Source of the DNA: Phoronis australis
Lineage: Eukaryota; Animalia; Phoronida
Length of the DNA stretch: 64,000 nt
Assembly (NCBI GenBank): GCA_002633005.1
Contig: NMRA01000035.1
Span: forward strand, 186,001 to 250,000
Direction: 5' to 3'
How positions within the stretch are numbered: position 1 is the first letter of the stretch; every line of letters begins with the position of its first letter. Position numbers and translations under genes: made by a program. This document shows positions 1 through 13,895 of the stretch, piece after piece. The notes beneath the pieces are model-generated. The model did not search any database and was not told the origin of the DNA. It was given only the letters and a program-made list of their open reading frames with translations.

Positions 1-2545
1 ACCAATATGAAACACATAGTTCCTTTGGGAAGTGGTCCTTTATGAAGATAAACACAAGTTAACCTTTTTAGTCATTTTGTAATATTTATAATGTACCAAG
101 TTAAAACTACTCTCCAAAGTTGCAGGCTATATCTCTGCAAATGTTAGAGGAAACCAAATTGGGGGTACTAACAACAACCATTGTTGAGACAGTAATGCTA
201 GCAATTACCTTTCCCCTTCATTAGCTCAGATCTACTTCAATACAAAGGGCGTGCTGAATAAGCATCGGAAAAGTTGTCTGGGGCTTAGGGAATCAGAGCG
301 GTCACCAATGTAAGCGAGAAATTCTCCACGTGAAATGTTTATTTTGTTTCAGCTGTTCAACAACCCAATGGCGAAATATAATTTCATAATGTAGTTATCC
401 GGCTTTGATCCATGATAATTATTTGAAGGCTAACGACACAGGACAGTCTACAAGGCGGAAATATTATTTCGCAGACTACAAGTTGTCTGAATACGTGATC
501 TATGACTATTCGAAGACTATAGCCATTCAGTTTATCAGAAATACACAAGTATGCAAAATTACTAGGTACACTTGTGGAATAACAACACAGTTTACAGCAT
601 TAATATAGAGAAACGCATTTGCTATCAAAGAAATGCGACACGTTTGTAGACACATATTGAAAAGTCAAGTATAGTGTTATAGACTTACCCAAAACTAGCC
701 AGTTAATTAAATCGGCATGTGGCGACATCTCACGGTAGCAATAGGGTTGCTTTTTATCAAACGTCTATATTTTTTCTCGACTAACCACATCCCACGACAG
801 CTGACTTCTCGTAATAGGGATTCTTTTTATCTAAATTGCCAAAGCTTTTATAATTTTCTTGTTATTCCCACCATGTCACGTAACCCTGAACTCCTAATGC
901 CGGAGACTGTCTATTTTTGCGTCGAAGTGGAACTTTCTTTTTGCCTTCGTGCTGCTGAAAGTCCTGTTGGGTTCTATAAACGTCATTCTTTATTGAAATA
1001 ACTAGAGAAATTTTTAAAGAAATCATTTTCACACTCTCGTTCTACTTATTTGTTCTCGAATATGTTTTACGCGGATATCTTGTTCGGCGCACTTGATGAC
1101 CCCAAGATATGCTGTGTGGTTTCGTGAACAACTTCTTAGTAATTATTCGAATGTGCCTAAAATGTCGTTTCTTTCCTGCATCACAACTATTTGGACAAAA
1201 AACGTCAGCCCACATAGGTTGCTTTGGTTTCAGTTCCAGTTCAATGTTTGAAGGAAATGCCGCACGAGCACTATACAAATATGTTAGTTTTAGCTCTCTG
1301 GTGCTCAAATCCGTTCAATTTAGAGCATAAGATGTTGGACAGGTGAATTTTTGTCACTGTCGTAAATGTTATGCGGTACCAGAATAATGTTTTGCCATAT
1401 CAAAGTTTCTTACAATATCTATTACCACTGAGACAATATTTTAAAAAATTGTTGGAATTCTCGGCAATGTTAGAAGCCCTCTATCATGGAAAAGTGCAAT
1501 TTTGGGAATCGTTTTCCGAAATTGCTGAGATTTTATCTTAAATATCATTTACTTAATGGTATTTGGTTTGTCTCGGAAATAATTTTTCACTCTTAACGTA
1601 CGTTAGTGAAGTCAACGGTGTTTTTGATGGTGAATCCAGGCATATATACGGCAAAATTTTTGCTTGGTTGAGTGTCGTTAAATCTTAACATTGCGAACTC
1701 TTGGCACGTGCCATAAAAATGTCACTCCACTTCGCTCCACATCTCGGATAAAACGGCACGGAATGGTCTCGACTCGCGAATAGACCATAACTCTACTGAG
1801 CTGTAGAATCTCAGCCTGGAACCTCGGCCCGCCGAAAAACTGTTTAGCGTTGATTAGTTATTTCCTTTTTCTCTGCGCACCTTTCAGAACATGAAGCTTG
1901 TTATACCAAAAAGTGTCATTTAAGTTCTGTACTAATTCAAAATAGAAAGGTTTGCCTGTCGACCGGCGAGTCGCTAAAACTATGACATGGATTGGTTTTA
2001 CTACGGGATACACAAAGGCAGGCTAAGGCCCTATCCACCGTGACAAGGTTGCGTTTCCGTTTTGATAACGCAACAGAAGTTTCCGTTCACACCTAGTCCA
2101 GATCCAGCATTCAGTATAACAAGTGCTTCGGTAGGCGCTTACCCAGGATTATGGGCCGGGATGGGGTTCTGAGCCACTGCAGAGGCAGGCCACGATATCT
2201 ATCCGGCCTCCGGCCATTACAGCAACACAAAAGAGGCCGAGCGGGGAGTATCGAACACACTGTACTGGCCTGTCTTACTATTTTGCTGTTCTGTTTTAAG
2301 TTCACAAAGTGAAGTGAATCAGTTCTAGAATCATCAAATCACGACGAATGTTTGAACCACATTGTGCTGCCGAGCCCAATCTGTCCGAAAATACGTGGCT
2401 GCAAATTGCCATCAGAAGAAATCTGAGAACGAAAATGTAGGGCGCTACATTCCCTTTTCAACGTGGTCAGGGGCAGTTTTTCAGTATTTTTATGAAGACC
2501 ATTCCAGATGATATTGAAGTGAACTGATTTACAGATTTCAGTGAT

Positions 2546-2600
2546 GAAACTTGACACAGTGGTATGTGACGACGAAACTTGACACAGTGGTATATGACGC
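2546..2600. repeat. 28-bp tandem duplication within a degenerate dispersed repeat (~2300-3340)
   Basis: GAAACTTGACACAGTGGTAT(G/A)TGACG x2. The motif GAAACTTGACAC recurs at 3001. Confidence 0.7.
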
Positions 2601-5047
2601 CTGCGCTAGTCGATATCTTGCAGGCTCAACCACTGCAGCACCCCCTAGTGGCCACGAATTGATTTTCAGCTAGACTGAGATTCGGCTCGGCAGCATCAGC
2701 TTGGTGGTCGATTTTGGAGATGATTTCAGCTTCCAGTTTTGAGCAGAGCTGTGCTGTCGGTACTTTTAGTAGAAGAGCTTTTACATATGATATCTAGAGA
2801 ATCGAATGGCAGATTCAATTTAACTTCATGCATAGGTATGTGCTGGCAACTTGCCCGGCACCAGTCAATTTTTGTGAGTTGTGCTACACTCTCAAGTGGA
2901 CATTTTGGCGGCCTATATGGAGTTTTGAGTATTCTGTGGGAAGAACACTTTTTACTTTCGGGATGATAGTTAGACTGAGAACTGATTGATGGATTTGAAT
3001 GAAACTTGACACAGAGGCAACATCCTCTAGTAGCCATTTGCCTTTTTGTGTGTGCTCAATATCTTAAACACCATGACTCAAGTGTAGCACTGGTTCAAAC
3101 CGACCCAAAACTTGACTGGTGCGGGCCAATTGCCAACACATACGTGAAGTTTCATTGAAATCTGTCAATCAGTTCTCTTGACATCATACCTAAAAGCTCT
3201 TCCCCTAAAAGCACCGACATAGCCCCTTGTTGAGACCAAAATATCCACTATGGGATGCTGTAATGATCGAATCCACTAGAAAATCGACTAGTGCCAATGC
3301 AATGCATTTTCGTCGCATGCCTGTCAAGTTTCATTGACATCCATCCATCCATTGGTTTACTAGATATCACCAGGAAATGCTCTTCCCACAGAAATACTTA
3401 AAAGCCCCACTCCCTGACCCTGGGAGAGTGGCAAAATGAAAAGTGGCACGCACCGCCCCAATGATGCCTTGCACCACTGTGCCAGGAGTTTTTGAGATAT
3501 TGAGCGGATGACCGGACGCTCGGAGAGAATGACAAGAATATGCCACCACATATACACAAATGTGGGCTCATAAAAAGAAAAAGTCAATTGGAACATACTT
3601 TAATGCTATATTTCAGAAGACTCAGTAAGCAATTTACAAAGAACTTCACAAAATCAAAAATGAAACCCTTAAAAGTCGTATGGTACAATGTTAACTTCAA
3701 ATACAATTCTCAGACCTCTCACAACAACAGAATATTTTAATTTTTAATTTTTGGACAATTGTAGTGACCTTAAGCACTTGAAAGGTGCATGAAGACTATC
3801 CACTTGGTAGGCACATGATCTAATCAGTTTCGACTCACATACACCCAACTTCGAGAAAGGGCCACTCAGACAAATTCAGATGTTAAAATTAACTACAAAT
3901 AAATGCTAATTTCATGAGACAAAAATCACCTTGCTACAAAACACAAGAGTGAGACACCACCGGCGACACCTGAGGTTAACACATTAAACTATTACTGATG
4001 GCAACGATAAACCTGATGCATGCCAGTCAGAATACAAAACCTTTGCTTAAAAATAAAGTACTAGTTTCTCAAATTTACAGGTACAGTTATGTGACCTACA
4101 CTAAAGTTTGGTAATGATGAATTAGAAAATAACTAATATCCAACATTCTTTCCAAGATATACTGAACAAAAGAAATTACAAATCGATACTAAAAATAGAT
4201 TCCATACCGTCCTACACTCAGTTTGCAAAACGTCCAGTAATGGTATCAGAACACATGGCATGTTTCACCCATCTTGGACAATGATTTACGTCCATATTTC
4301 CAGTCTTTGTAAAACAAAGTACTACATTTGAAACACGACCAAGGATATGATCTTAAAGTAACCTAGGCTGCATCGGTTAAGGTTAGTATCTAAGGAGTTT
4401 GGCAAGATCTTGCAAAATCACGTTATTCTAATGCAAGCGCTCGCAACGTGTACACGGAGAAGTTGCAAATTTTCAAGCCTAAAACTAACAAAATGGCTGC
4501 CACCGAAAAGTAAGAGCACTTGGAAAGTAGCATTGTGTGAGTAAATGGTCAGTAAACACCCACAATGCTCAGCTTCAGTCCGCTCACAAGGATATCGCGT
4601 CGCTGGTATCTCACGATGGCTACCTCAAGTGAATGCACTCCAGCATGCAACCCTTCCCGTAAGGCAACCAAAAGCTCTCTTGCACAGTAGTCATGCATGG
4701 TTGTAACCACATTGCTACATTGTTTCACCTCCTGTTTGAGGCACCTTCCACAATATCTACACGGCATTCCACGGTCTAGCCTAAAGGCCATGGCTGACCC
4801 CAACCACATATTACACTTAAAGACCTACCCATCTACACCATGTTTTCTGTAATGTTAGTACACAGTCACAACCACATAAAGTCCACAACAATTAAGAAAC
4901 ACGGGTTTCCCGCAGCTCATCAGGAGGGTCAAGACACTCAATTCAAGAGATTTCAATAGGTATAAATAAATTACAATTGCCAAGTTACTCTAATACAGCT
5001 TAAGAATGTCTCGCAACAGACTAGAAATTGTTAAGTTAACAAAAGAG

Positions 5048-5157
5048 GGTAATGGTTGGATAGGACGTGCCCGAATTTTGAGAACCAGTTTTTTCCACTA
5101 AATAACGGGCATCAAACTGGTTTTCAAAATACGGGCACGTTTTATCCGACTATTGCC
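5048..5157. mobile_element. 110-bp hairpin MITE (Merlin-like ends), copy 1, in the probable 3' UTR
   Basis: GGTAATGG...CTATTGCC with long imperfect inverted arms. Flanked by a perfect 8-bp direct repeat CAAAAGAG (5040-5047 and 5158-5165). Confidence 0.8.
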
Positions 5158-5560
5158 CAAAAGAGCAATATACAGACAGAGAAGCCATACAGACATGCAC
5201 ATTAAGTCTCATAAAATGCTTCTATAAGATACTTTTCAAATATCTACGTAAACTTAAAGCTGACCATTCGATGTGTTAAAGTAGGATATGTAATAAATGT
5301 AGTAGTTTTTGGTCAAAATGCCTCAAATTATTTTTTGACCGAAGATTCGCAAGGCTGCAAACATTAAATGAATGGTGAGACTCCAGTTTGAACATTCGAA
5401 CACTCTATCATGGCTACCCCTGTTGGAAAACAAATGCAACTTACAAACCGCACTAACCATTTCAAAACAATATCTTTGCACGAGTCCTTTTCAAAAATAT
5501 TCTGCATCAAACCTTCGTACGGCAGGAAGGCGCATGCTCTCCGTAACAATACAAACGAGT

Positions 5561-5733
5561 CTAGACAGACAGTGATACAAAACTGTTATACTGGGAGATG
5601 TTACGCTTGAGAATATCTGAGCATGGCCCAAGCACACGTTCAAATCGTTGCCGGTCCAACTTGACGCACTTGAGGAGACCTTTGGCAACAACTGTGGCCG
5701 CACGAGGCCTATCAAGCAGTAGGGCAATTTCAC
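5561..5733 (-). CDS. PRKAR1: PKA RI last coding exon, CNB-B phosphate-binding cassette to stop
   Basis: TTCCCAG|GTGAA...GTCTAG, 173 nt including TAG (same as human exon 11 CDS). Encodes (G)[56 protein letters not shown]. Confidence 0.97.
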
Positions 5734-6747
5734 CTGGGAAGAGAAACCGGGCAATCCACAGGTGAGATATGCAAGGCACACACGGAAGATTAAATTAGAT
5801 TGTAGCATGACCATGCTTCTAACATCACTTGATATGAGATACAGTGAGATTTACAAATGTGATATCTGAATCACAACCAAAATCGAGACACCACATCATA
5901 ATGCATCTAGTCTAACTCTAGTCATTTTTCCTGTAAGCACTGGTCTAGAGGCTAGTTTCAACACTTAGTTATTGTGTGGCACCTCAGTGTTTGCACATAA
6001 TTGTACATATACAAGCCCATTAAGATATGCCACACACAGCCTAGTTAAAACCCAAATTCAGCTTACCACCCACCCCCGAAATTTTTGAAATTTTCACTTT
6101 TAAGCACCCTCCCATTCTTGGCTTTGTACCAACTCCCAATATAGACGATCGAGATTTCCTTTAGCGTCACTGTCTTTGTGCATGCCTATCTCATGAGAAT
6201 TTGAGCTTCTGTAACGTACCTTCAGGCAATGAAAAATCATTTTCTTTGGTGCCGTGCCATATTTTGGTAAAAAATACACATTGGTTTGCTGGCTGTGATA
6301 CAAAACGGTTGTTTTGGCTCAGGTACTAACATAGTAATTCTTGTGCACATAAAATGGTGATGGCATTAGCATGAGAGAAATGACCATTTGGATGAACATC
6401 CGCAACTTTTAAACAATTTCAAGTCCCCGTGCTTGACCTTTCTCCTTAATATTTTAATTTCCCAATCTAAACACCCAAGACTTAAGCACAGACAAGTATG
6501 ATATACACAACACCACTGGGGAGGCGTAGCCTTAAGTGTCCAACAATGTGGGCGAAGGGGGCAATCGTGACGGGTCAACTGAGCGAAAATAGCAGTTGTT
6601 GGAATTACGATTTTTTTGTACTGAACTGGGAGCGGGGGCAGTACTATGGTCTCCTTGTGCCCAACAGTCTGCGCCAGAGCACAACACACTTCACTGCCAC
6701 ATTTGAACAGTCTACACAAAGAAGTTTCAGATCACGTGACCACTTAC

Positions 6748-6829
6748 CAAAATAATCGGATGGTCCTAGTTTTCCTACTTCAACTGGTTCCTCGTTTTCA
6801 GAACGCCTCTGTAATACAGCAGCGCCACC
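6748..6829 (-). CDS. PRKAR1: PKA RI exon, CNB-B beta4-beta6
   Basis: TCACAG|GGT...TTTG|GTAAGT, 82 nt (same as human exon 10). Encodes [27 protein letters not shown]. Confidence 0.97.
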
Positions 6830-7046
6830 CTGTGATGAAAAAAAGACAGATTATTAAAAATGTCACACACGTGACCTATGGAAATATTCGAATGAGCTCC
6901 AACATTTAACATACTTTAGGTAGTTTTCTGTATGAATTGACGAGAAAGACTCCTTTTGAGCTGCTGGTTTCTTTTGCTTTGAATAAGTTGAGAGTTTTTG
7001 TGTACATCTTATCTTGTTTGCTCAACAGTCGTTGTTGAAACTCATA

Positions 7047-7549
7047 TAGCGTAATGTTACATATTAGCACCCGTTCTTTAATAAGTGCTGGTCTCATATA
7101 AGCATCCAGTAAAAAAAACAGGTAAAAACGTTATTGTTGAATAAGCAGTGTGCCTCAAATAAGTGCTGGCGGTGATATTTTGTGACTCACCGAAACAGCA
7201 CCTCTGATCACAATTCAGTTTTCCTGGACAGTCTAGGGCGTACAGTTAACTAAATGTTAGTCACGATACGACTGGAAATAACACGTGGAAATCAACGACC
7301 AAATCTGTGCCTAGCATTAAAAATCATGAATGACGTGTATTTGAATGTAACGAGTCCACAGAAAACACAATTTTGTCATTTGAGATCTAAAGCATTTCTG
7401 TTGACGGCTCAGTCGATGCTCGGTGTGCAAAATTGGCTTTCTTGAATAAATGTTGGATGTAAAACAACTGCTGGTCTTGAACAAGCACCATGGCAAAAAT
7501 GATATCGAAAGAAATAAGTCCCCGGGTGCTAATACGCGACACTACGGTA
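7047..7549. mobile_element. pogo/Tc1-mariner-type MITE
   Basis: TA-flanked TIRs: TAGCGTAATGTTACATATTAGCACCCG versus reverse complement TACCGTAGTGTCGCGTATTAGCACCCG. Internal ATAAG motifs. Confidence 0.7.
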
Positions 7550-7567
7550 CTCAACTATCCATGCCCA

Positions 7568-9389
7568 TTAATTCCAGATGAGATAGAAGAGCGTGAAACT
7601 GTTCATAAACCGTCACAGCGAAGACTGCACATTCCACCATTAAAGAACAAACAGTATCAAAGTAAAGGGTGGTTCAAAAAGATGGACCTAATTTGAAACG
7701 GGCATATTTATGCTGCCACTAAATCAAGACATGGAAACTGAGCAACAGCAACAATTTCCAACTGGCTTCACTCTTTTGAAACACCCTGTACAAGTTATTG
7801 AGGGAGGACAACAGTCTTCCTTCACTGACTGCAGGGGCGTTCTCATTAACATCAATTCAATTTAATCGCACAAATACAACTGTTTTCTCACGAGCTTCAG
7901 ATCTTTTCTCTTGCACTGCAGTCTTATTCTTACAATATAATTCTTCTCTTGTTCATTTCAGAGGTAGAGTACAGGCTATAATACTACTACTACCATAAGA
8001 ATGTGCAACTCGTGGCTGGAGTCAAACATGAAAAGAAATGTGGTTTTAGAAGAATGGGATTGTGGTTTACGAGACAAAACATCTGCTATTGGAAGCAAAG
8101 AACTGTGTTTAATAAAAAATAGTGCACTACGAATGAGAATGTCGGAGCAGAACACAAGGAAAGGTGATTTTCTACCATATTATTATGACTATGACAGTAA
8201 TTTGAGTGATTCACAACATAGATCAAAGTATGAATGGACGGCATAAGTATAAATATATGAACCCATGCAGTGCAATTTATTGACAGAATAGGAGTATTAA
8301 CTCAACGTCGTAACAATAATAACAAAAAAGGAATAGTTTGAACACACAAAGACCTACATTGATGCACGCCACCACCGAGGGAGTTCCACTCACCATGGGC
8401 ATCAAAAGGGAGTGTTTGTCAACTCTTTAGACCAAATGGCAACACATTACCTTTCACCATAAATCAAGTATGTTGTNTTAATTCTGGATGAGATAGAAGA
8501 GCATGAAACTGATCATAAACCGTCACAGCAAAGACTGCACATTCCACCATTAAAGAACAAACAGTATCAAAGTACAGGGTGGTTCAAAAAGATGGACCTA
8601 ATTTGAAACGGGCATATTTATGCTGCCACTAAATCAAGACATGGAGACTGAGCAACAGCAACAATTTCCAACTGGCTTCACTCTTTTGAAACACCCAGTA
8701 CAAGTTATTGAGGGAGGACAACAGTCTTCCTTCACTGACTGCAGGGGCGTTCTCATTAACATCAATTCAATATTGAATCGCAAAAATACAACTGTTTTCT
8801 CACGAGCTTCAGATCTTTTCTCTTGCACTGCAGTCTTATTCTTACAAATATAATTCTTCTCTTGTTCATTTCAGAGGTAGAGTACAGGCTATAATACTAC
8901 TACTACCATAAGAATGTGCAACTCGTGGCTGGAGTCAAACATGAAAAGAAATGTGGTTTTAGAAGAATGGGATTGTGGTTTACGAGACAAAACATCTGCT
9001 ATTGGAAGCGAAGAACTGTGTTTAATAAAAAATAGTGCACTACGAATGAGAATGTCGGAGCAGAACACAAGGAAAGGTGATTTTCTACCATATTATTATG
9101 ACTATGACAGTAATTTGAGTGATTCACAACATAGATCAAAGTATGAATGGACGGCATAAGTATAAATATATGAACCCATGCAGTGCAATTTATTGACAGA
9201 ATAGGAGTATTAACTCAACGTCGTAACAATAATAACAAAAAAGGAATAGTTTGAACACACAAAGACCTACATTGATGCACGCCACCACCGAGGGAGTTCC
9301 ACTCACCATGGGCATCAAAAGGGAGTGTTTGTCAACTCTTTAGACCAAATGGCAACACATTACCTTTCACCATAAATCAAGTATGTTGT
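7568..9389. repeat. Tandem ~910-bp near-identical duplication (7568-8476 / 8478-9389), probable haplotype artefact
   Basis: The copies are separated by a single N at 8477 and differ by a few SNPs and small indels. Confidence 0.9.
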
Positions 9390-9862
9390 CAACCATATAC
9401 CATTTCCAATTGTGCCGTCTTTTCAAGTAGTTTTGCACGAGTTTTCACTTTTTTCATTTTCATCAGTGAGAATTGTTTAGTCATTTTCCAGGTTTTTGAT
9501 GAAGAGTTTGAACCAAAATGTATATACGATGGCTGGCAACAGCGGAATTCAATATTTATCCCTCTTGTCAGTGGCAGATGTTACTGTCCTACTTTTTAAT
9601 TTTCACTTGAAAAGAACTCACTGACGCGGGACTAATATATATATTAAGTTATCTTCTCAACCTGCGTCATTGATCGTCATAGTTACTGACAAGGAGAACA
9701 CTAACAAGACAATCCACAGATTTACTTATTACCCCCGAGCAGTCTCTAACAAACAAGTTCTGTTTCAAGACATTGCTAGCCTTCCCATGTATTTCAGAAT
9801 ACCAGAAATTTTGCAAGAAACTTATTAGAGTAATTATTTCCACTACCAATTCAGTGCCTCAC

Positions 9863-9984
9863 CTCCGTAATAATGAAGAAGTCCTCGCCTTGCTGCCCTT
9901 GCCGGACTATCTCCTGCCCGTCTTCAAACTGTACGGGCTCTAGTGCATCAGCCACTGTAAGGCGTTCCCACTTGTCAAGGCTCT
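9863..9984 (-). CDS. PRKAR1: PKA RI exon, start of CNB-B
   Basis: TTTACAG|AGAGC...GAG|GTGAGG, 122 nt (same as human exon 9). Encodes (E)[40 protein letters not shown], including the capping Trp. Confidence 0.97.
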
Positions 9985-11496
9985 CTGTAAACAAACCAAT
10001 CACACACACTCTGAGCAAGGAAACAGAGATTCAGCACAGGGTCAAAGGTCAAATGCACCACATGGAGGGTGTGGAGACAGTATTACGAATTCAAAAGAAA
10101 ATTAAGTTCCTAGAGTTATTTTGTGAATGTGATTTTCTCAAAAAATGTGACTGCATATGAAGATACTTCAACTTCGAAGAGGGTGACATAGTTATACGAT
10201 AGACGTTAAAAACGTTGCCTGGGGTGAATTCTTGACACTTCAAAGATATTCCTTAGTTGGGAGAAGGCAGTTCAAGTTAATGATGTCATACAATCAGTAG
10301 GCACTATTTTTTCAAAACCTTTCTTCTTTGTCAATTCTTCAGACAAACAGTTTAATACCAATACACAAGGATAATTTTAGGAGCGACCAATTTGTCATTA
10401 GCTCTTGAACATTTTCATTGACGCACTGTGACTGCTTAACTCGGGCCAACCGGCACACTAAAAATCTACAATTTCGCCCGATTTTGCTTTGAATAATACG
10501 CACTCATTGCATTCACAATCTAATACAACTACAATGCAGAACAACCGATCAATTTTAGCAATATGGAGTCCAGCATACTGCGAAAATAGATTCCAACTGT
10601 GGATTTATATGTTGGGTTAAATTGAAATGCAGTTAGCTGTTCAGACCAATCACAAATCGCACAATGAAATGAGGTAGCAGACGAAATCACACGAATTTAA
10701 ATGCCACCCACCAAAAACTAAATTGAAAAGGATGGCAGACATTCGACTAACGTGACCCACAGGTCACGAAAATTGGCCCAAAGATTTGAGGACATGTGAG
10801 TCAATTGACTCGATCATGGCCACATTCTTCTAGAATGATCCCTGAATATGTGTCCTTTGGGACACGTTTGGAAAATGTGGGACTGCTGAGATGCTAGCAA
10901 CAAGAAAAGACATTTAATTAAAATATTCTTCATAGCTTCGGATCGCAACGCAACCCAAATCCTCCTGACAAAAGAACTGCACTCGTCATCCTGTCAGAAC
11001 AGAATCAGATGTGAACCTCTGCATTCAACACTCAGACTGATTTCACACGGACTTCTAAATCATGCACTGTTTGCATGTCCCCTTTTGCTGAAGATGAAGA
11101 GAGAAAAAATATGACACAAAAAGTCTCACTGTAGAATAGTCTTACCCCACAATTTCTTGTCTGAAACATAGAAGGTACCTGACACTACGAGCGACTCCGT
11201 ATCAAACAAAAAGTTTAGTCATGTTTTCAACGAAGTTTGTGTGCTGCTACAGAACTATACTGATCACATATACATGCACTTATTTAATTCTCTCGTTTCT
11301 CAATTACTAAACAGGAAATCATTTAAATCAAAAATACCCACATTCAAATTTTGTTCAAAATTTCGAAGTCAGGCCATCAGAACATAGTGTCATTGTTTTT
11401 AATGGGACCGGCTTAATTTTTTGCCATTTTATTTCCCACTGAAACCTGTCACTGCAAAAATGTTTTCTACATATACTGTGTCAGTTTGGTGCTCAC

Positions 11497-11557
11497 CTAA
11501 TATAGAAACTTTCGAAAGAAATTCCTCGTACATTCTTCTTTTCCTAATTGTACTTCC
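11497..11557 (-). CDS. PRKAR1: PKA RI exon, B/C helix
   Basis: TTTCAG|GGA...TTAG|GTGAGC, 61 nt (same as human exon 8). Encodes GSTIRKRRMYEEFLSKVSIL. Confidence 0.96.
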
Positions 11558-12194
11558 CTGAAAAAACAAAAACAACTTTCACACATCACGATGATCAATC
11601 AAAGCTAACGTGGTGTAACAACTATCATGGCTAGAATGTCAGCGTTATTCCATCAACAGTCAATTACTGATGACTTACAAGCACTCATAGACAAGCGGAC
11701 ATTGATCGAGCCTCGACTTCACATAATTCAAGCTAATATGACAAAAATGATTGGAAACGATGATCGAACAGATTATTCTTATGTTTACACAATTCTTTAT
11801 TAAGAGATCACGTTTCCTATTTGTAGTAAGCAAGATTTTCTTCATAAAAATTGATGTTCTCGGAAAAACTTTAACTTATTCTGCTGCTTCACAGGCATGG
11901 ATCCAAAAAGGCATCCTAGAAGTCCGCACCCATTCCGCCTAATAGACTATTTCTGTATGGTTGAAGTGCAGGAATGCAAAGAGCACCCTAAATCAGACCA
12001 ATGTTACACTCCCTGCCGCCACAATCCAGGATTCGCATATTTAAACCGGAGTACGAATGAATTCAACAATCTCGACCAAGTTTTCGCACAGCTAGCAGAA
12101 TAGTACAAAATAAAACGAGCCCCTGACTGAAAAATCACTACCATGCAACTGCAAGTAGAGCAGACGGAAAAGTTGGCCTGCGAGGCCAGCCTAC

Positions 12195-12353
12195 CATGAG
12201 GATCCTCCTGTAACTCATTCTGTCGATGCCCCAAAGTTTGACATCTGTCTTGGCCTTGACCGTGGCCTGTCGTGGTGTACCGTGGATCAGAGCCAGTTCG
12301 CCAAAGCTGCCACCCTCAGGGATGGTTGTGATGTAGTCGCCGTTGATGATGAT
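12195..12353 (-). CDS. PRKAR1: PKA RI exon, CNB-A phosphate-binding cassette
   Basis: TCTTCAG|ATC...ATG|GTAGGC, 159 nt (same as human exon 7). Encodes [53 protein letters not shown]. Confidence 0.97.
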
Positions 12354-13817
12354 CTGAAGAAGACAACCGTCGCAGCATAAGGATGACGGCAGACTAGCAG
12401 TAATAATGGCCGACTTGACATTCACCAGGTGGCACTACTCTTAAGTGGGAGAGAAGTCCCACGTGACTTGAATCATGCATACAGTGCCAAAGTTCATTAG
12501 CGCCACCTACTGAATCTAGAGTCTTTCACGGACATACTTGCAGTTGTGTCTCGTGAATTACTTGCGGTAAAATCTCACTAAATTAGGACACAACTTATGG
12601 CCATCAAGTGAGATTTTAGTTTCTCATTTTCAGTAAAGATATATAGAACTATATGTATACATGTTTCATTGAAAAGTAAGCTGTTCTTGGCCACACACAC
12701 ACGCACACGCACATACACATATTTATGGTTTTCCATGTTCAAGTTCTGTCGCATGGCTGCCACTAGTCTATGTTTTTGGAAAATTGTGGGCATTTACCGA
12801 ATTTACGGTTTATAGGCATAATCAAAGGGTCAATTAATCAAACCCTTATAACAAGTTGATTACCGGAGATCATTTCATATCCAGTCACCTGACATGAACA
12901 TAATACCATTCCTACTATATCAAACCTGACTGTGTAACTAAAACCAAATCATAACACCATTTTACTGGAAAATGCCTAAAAATAATTTCCATGAGTGTAC
13001 CTTCCTGCACACAAGGCATACTTCAAAGTCTATTGAACTTTTTTAAGAGCAATATATATTTGTCGCATAACACAAAACATACAATGCGTGTATTTGAGTT
13101 GCTGAGAGGCAATGGCTTTATCGATTTTAATTACAATTTAAGTTAATGTTACATGGATTAAGTTTAATTAAATGCTAACTTTATAAATTAATAATTAATG
13201 TAACTGACTCATACAGCATAGCGTTCCATTGATTTTTGACTTGTGTAGTCATTCAAAGGGCACCATCAAATGACATTTGTTTTGATTTTAACAAGAAAAG
13301 TGTTAAGATAATAATGATTCATAGGGATTCTGTTCCATTGATTTTAGAATTGTGTGGTCATTTCAAATCATATTTTTCCTTTTGATAATTTAAAAAAAAT
13401 ATGTTCAGATAATTCAATTCGTGCCATTAAATAATTAATATAAATGACTTGAAAGTCACAATGTTCTTTTATGTTCATAACGTAATGATACACGCACACT
13501 TGAACGAGATAGTTTCGCAACTGCTCATGTGGGTTAACAAATCACTATTTAACACATGGTAAAGTTCATTTGTCTTCGTGTGTCCTTCGTGGCGCCAATG
13601 TCTACAGCAACTAGAGCAGGGTTGAACACCCGTTGATGACCTCCAGTCTTTACTGGAGCTTGAATTAGTTAAATTCCCGTTTTAGCCCAAAAATCAACCT
13701 GGATTCAAAATATCAACAGCATTTTATACACGAATCTTTCCATATAATTATGTCAATTTCATGTCTTAAGTACAGAAACGTTCTTTGTTTCTTATCTCAT
13801 TTTTTATGTTAATGCTG

Positions 13818-13895
13818 ATAATTCGAGAACCGATAGAGCGATAACTTGAGAACCGGTAGACAAAAGTGCGATAATTTGAGAACCGGTAGAGCGAT
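13818..13895. repeat. Short degenerate minisatellite, 3 units
   Basis: ATAA(T/C)T(C/T)GAGAACCG(A/G)TAGA repeated three times. Confidence 0.75.

Noticed and set aside
300-5560. Poly(A) signal for the RI mRNA
   Set aside because: Several AATAAA/ATTAAA hexamers exist on the minus strand (e.g. ~338, ~989, ~3737), but none can be singled out from sequence alone.
8001-9159. Two nearly identical 81-aa ORFs, suggesting a duplicated small gene
   Set aside because: They are products of the N-joined duplication, antisense within an intron, with no recognisable domain.
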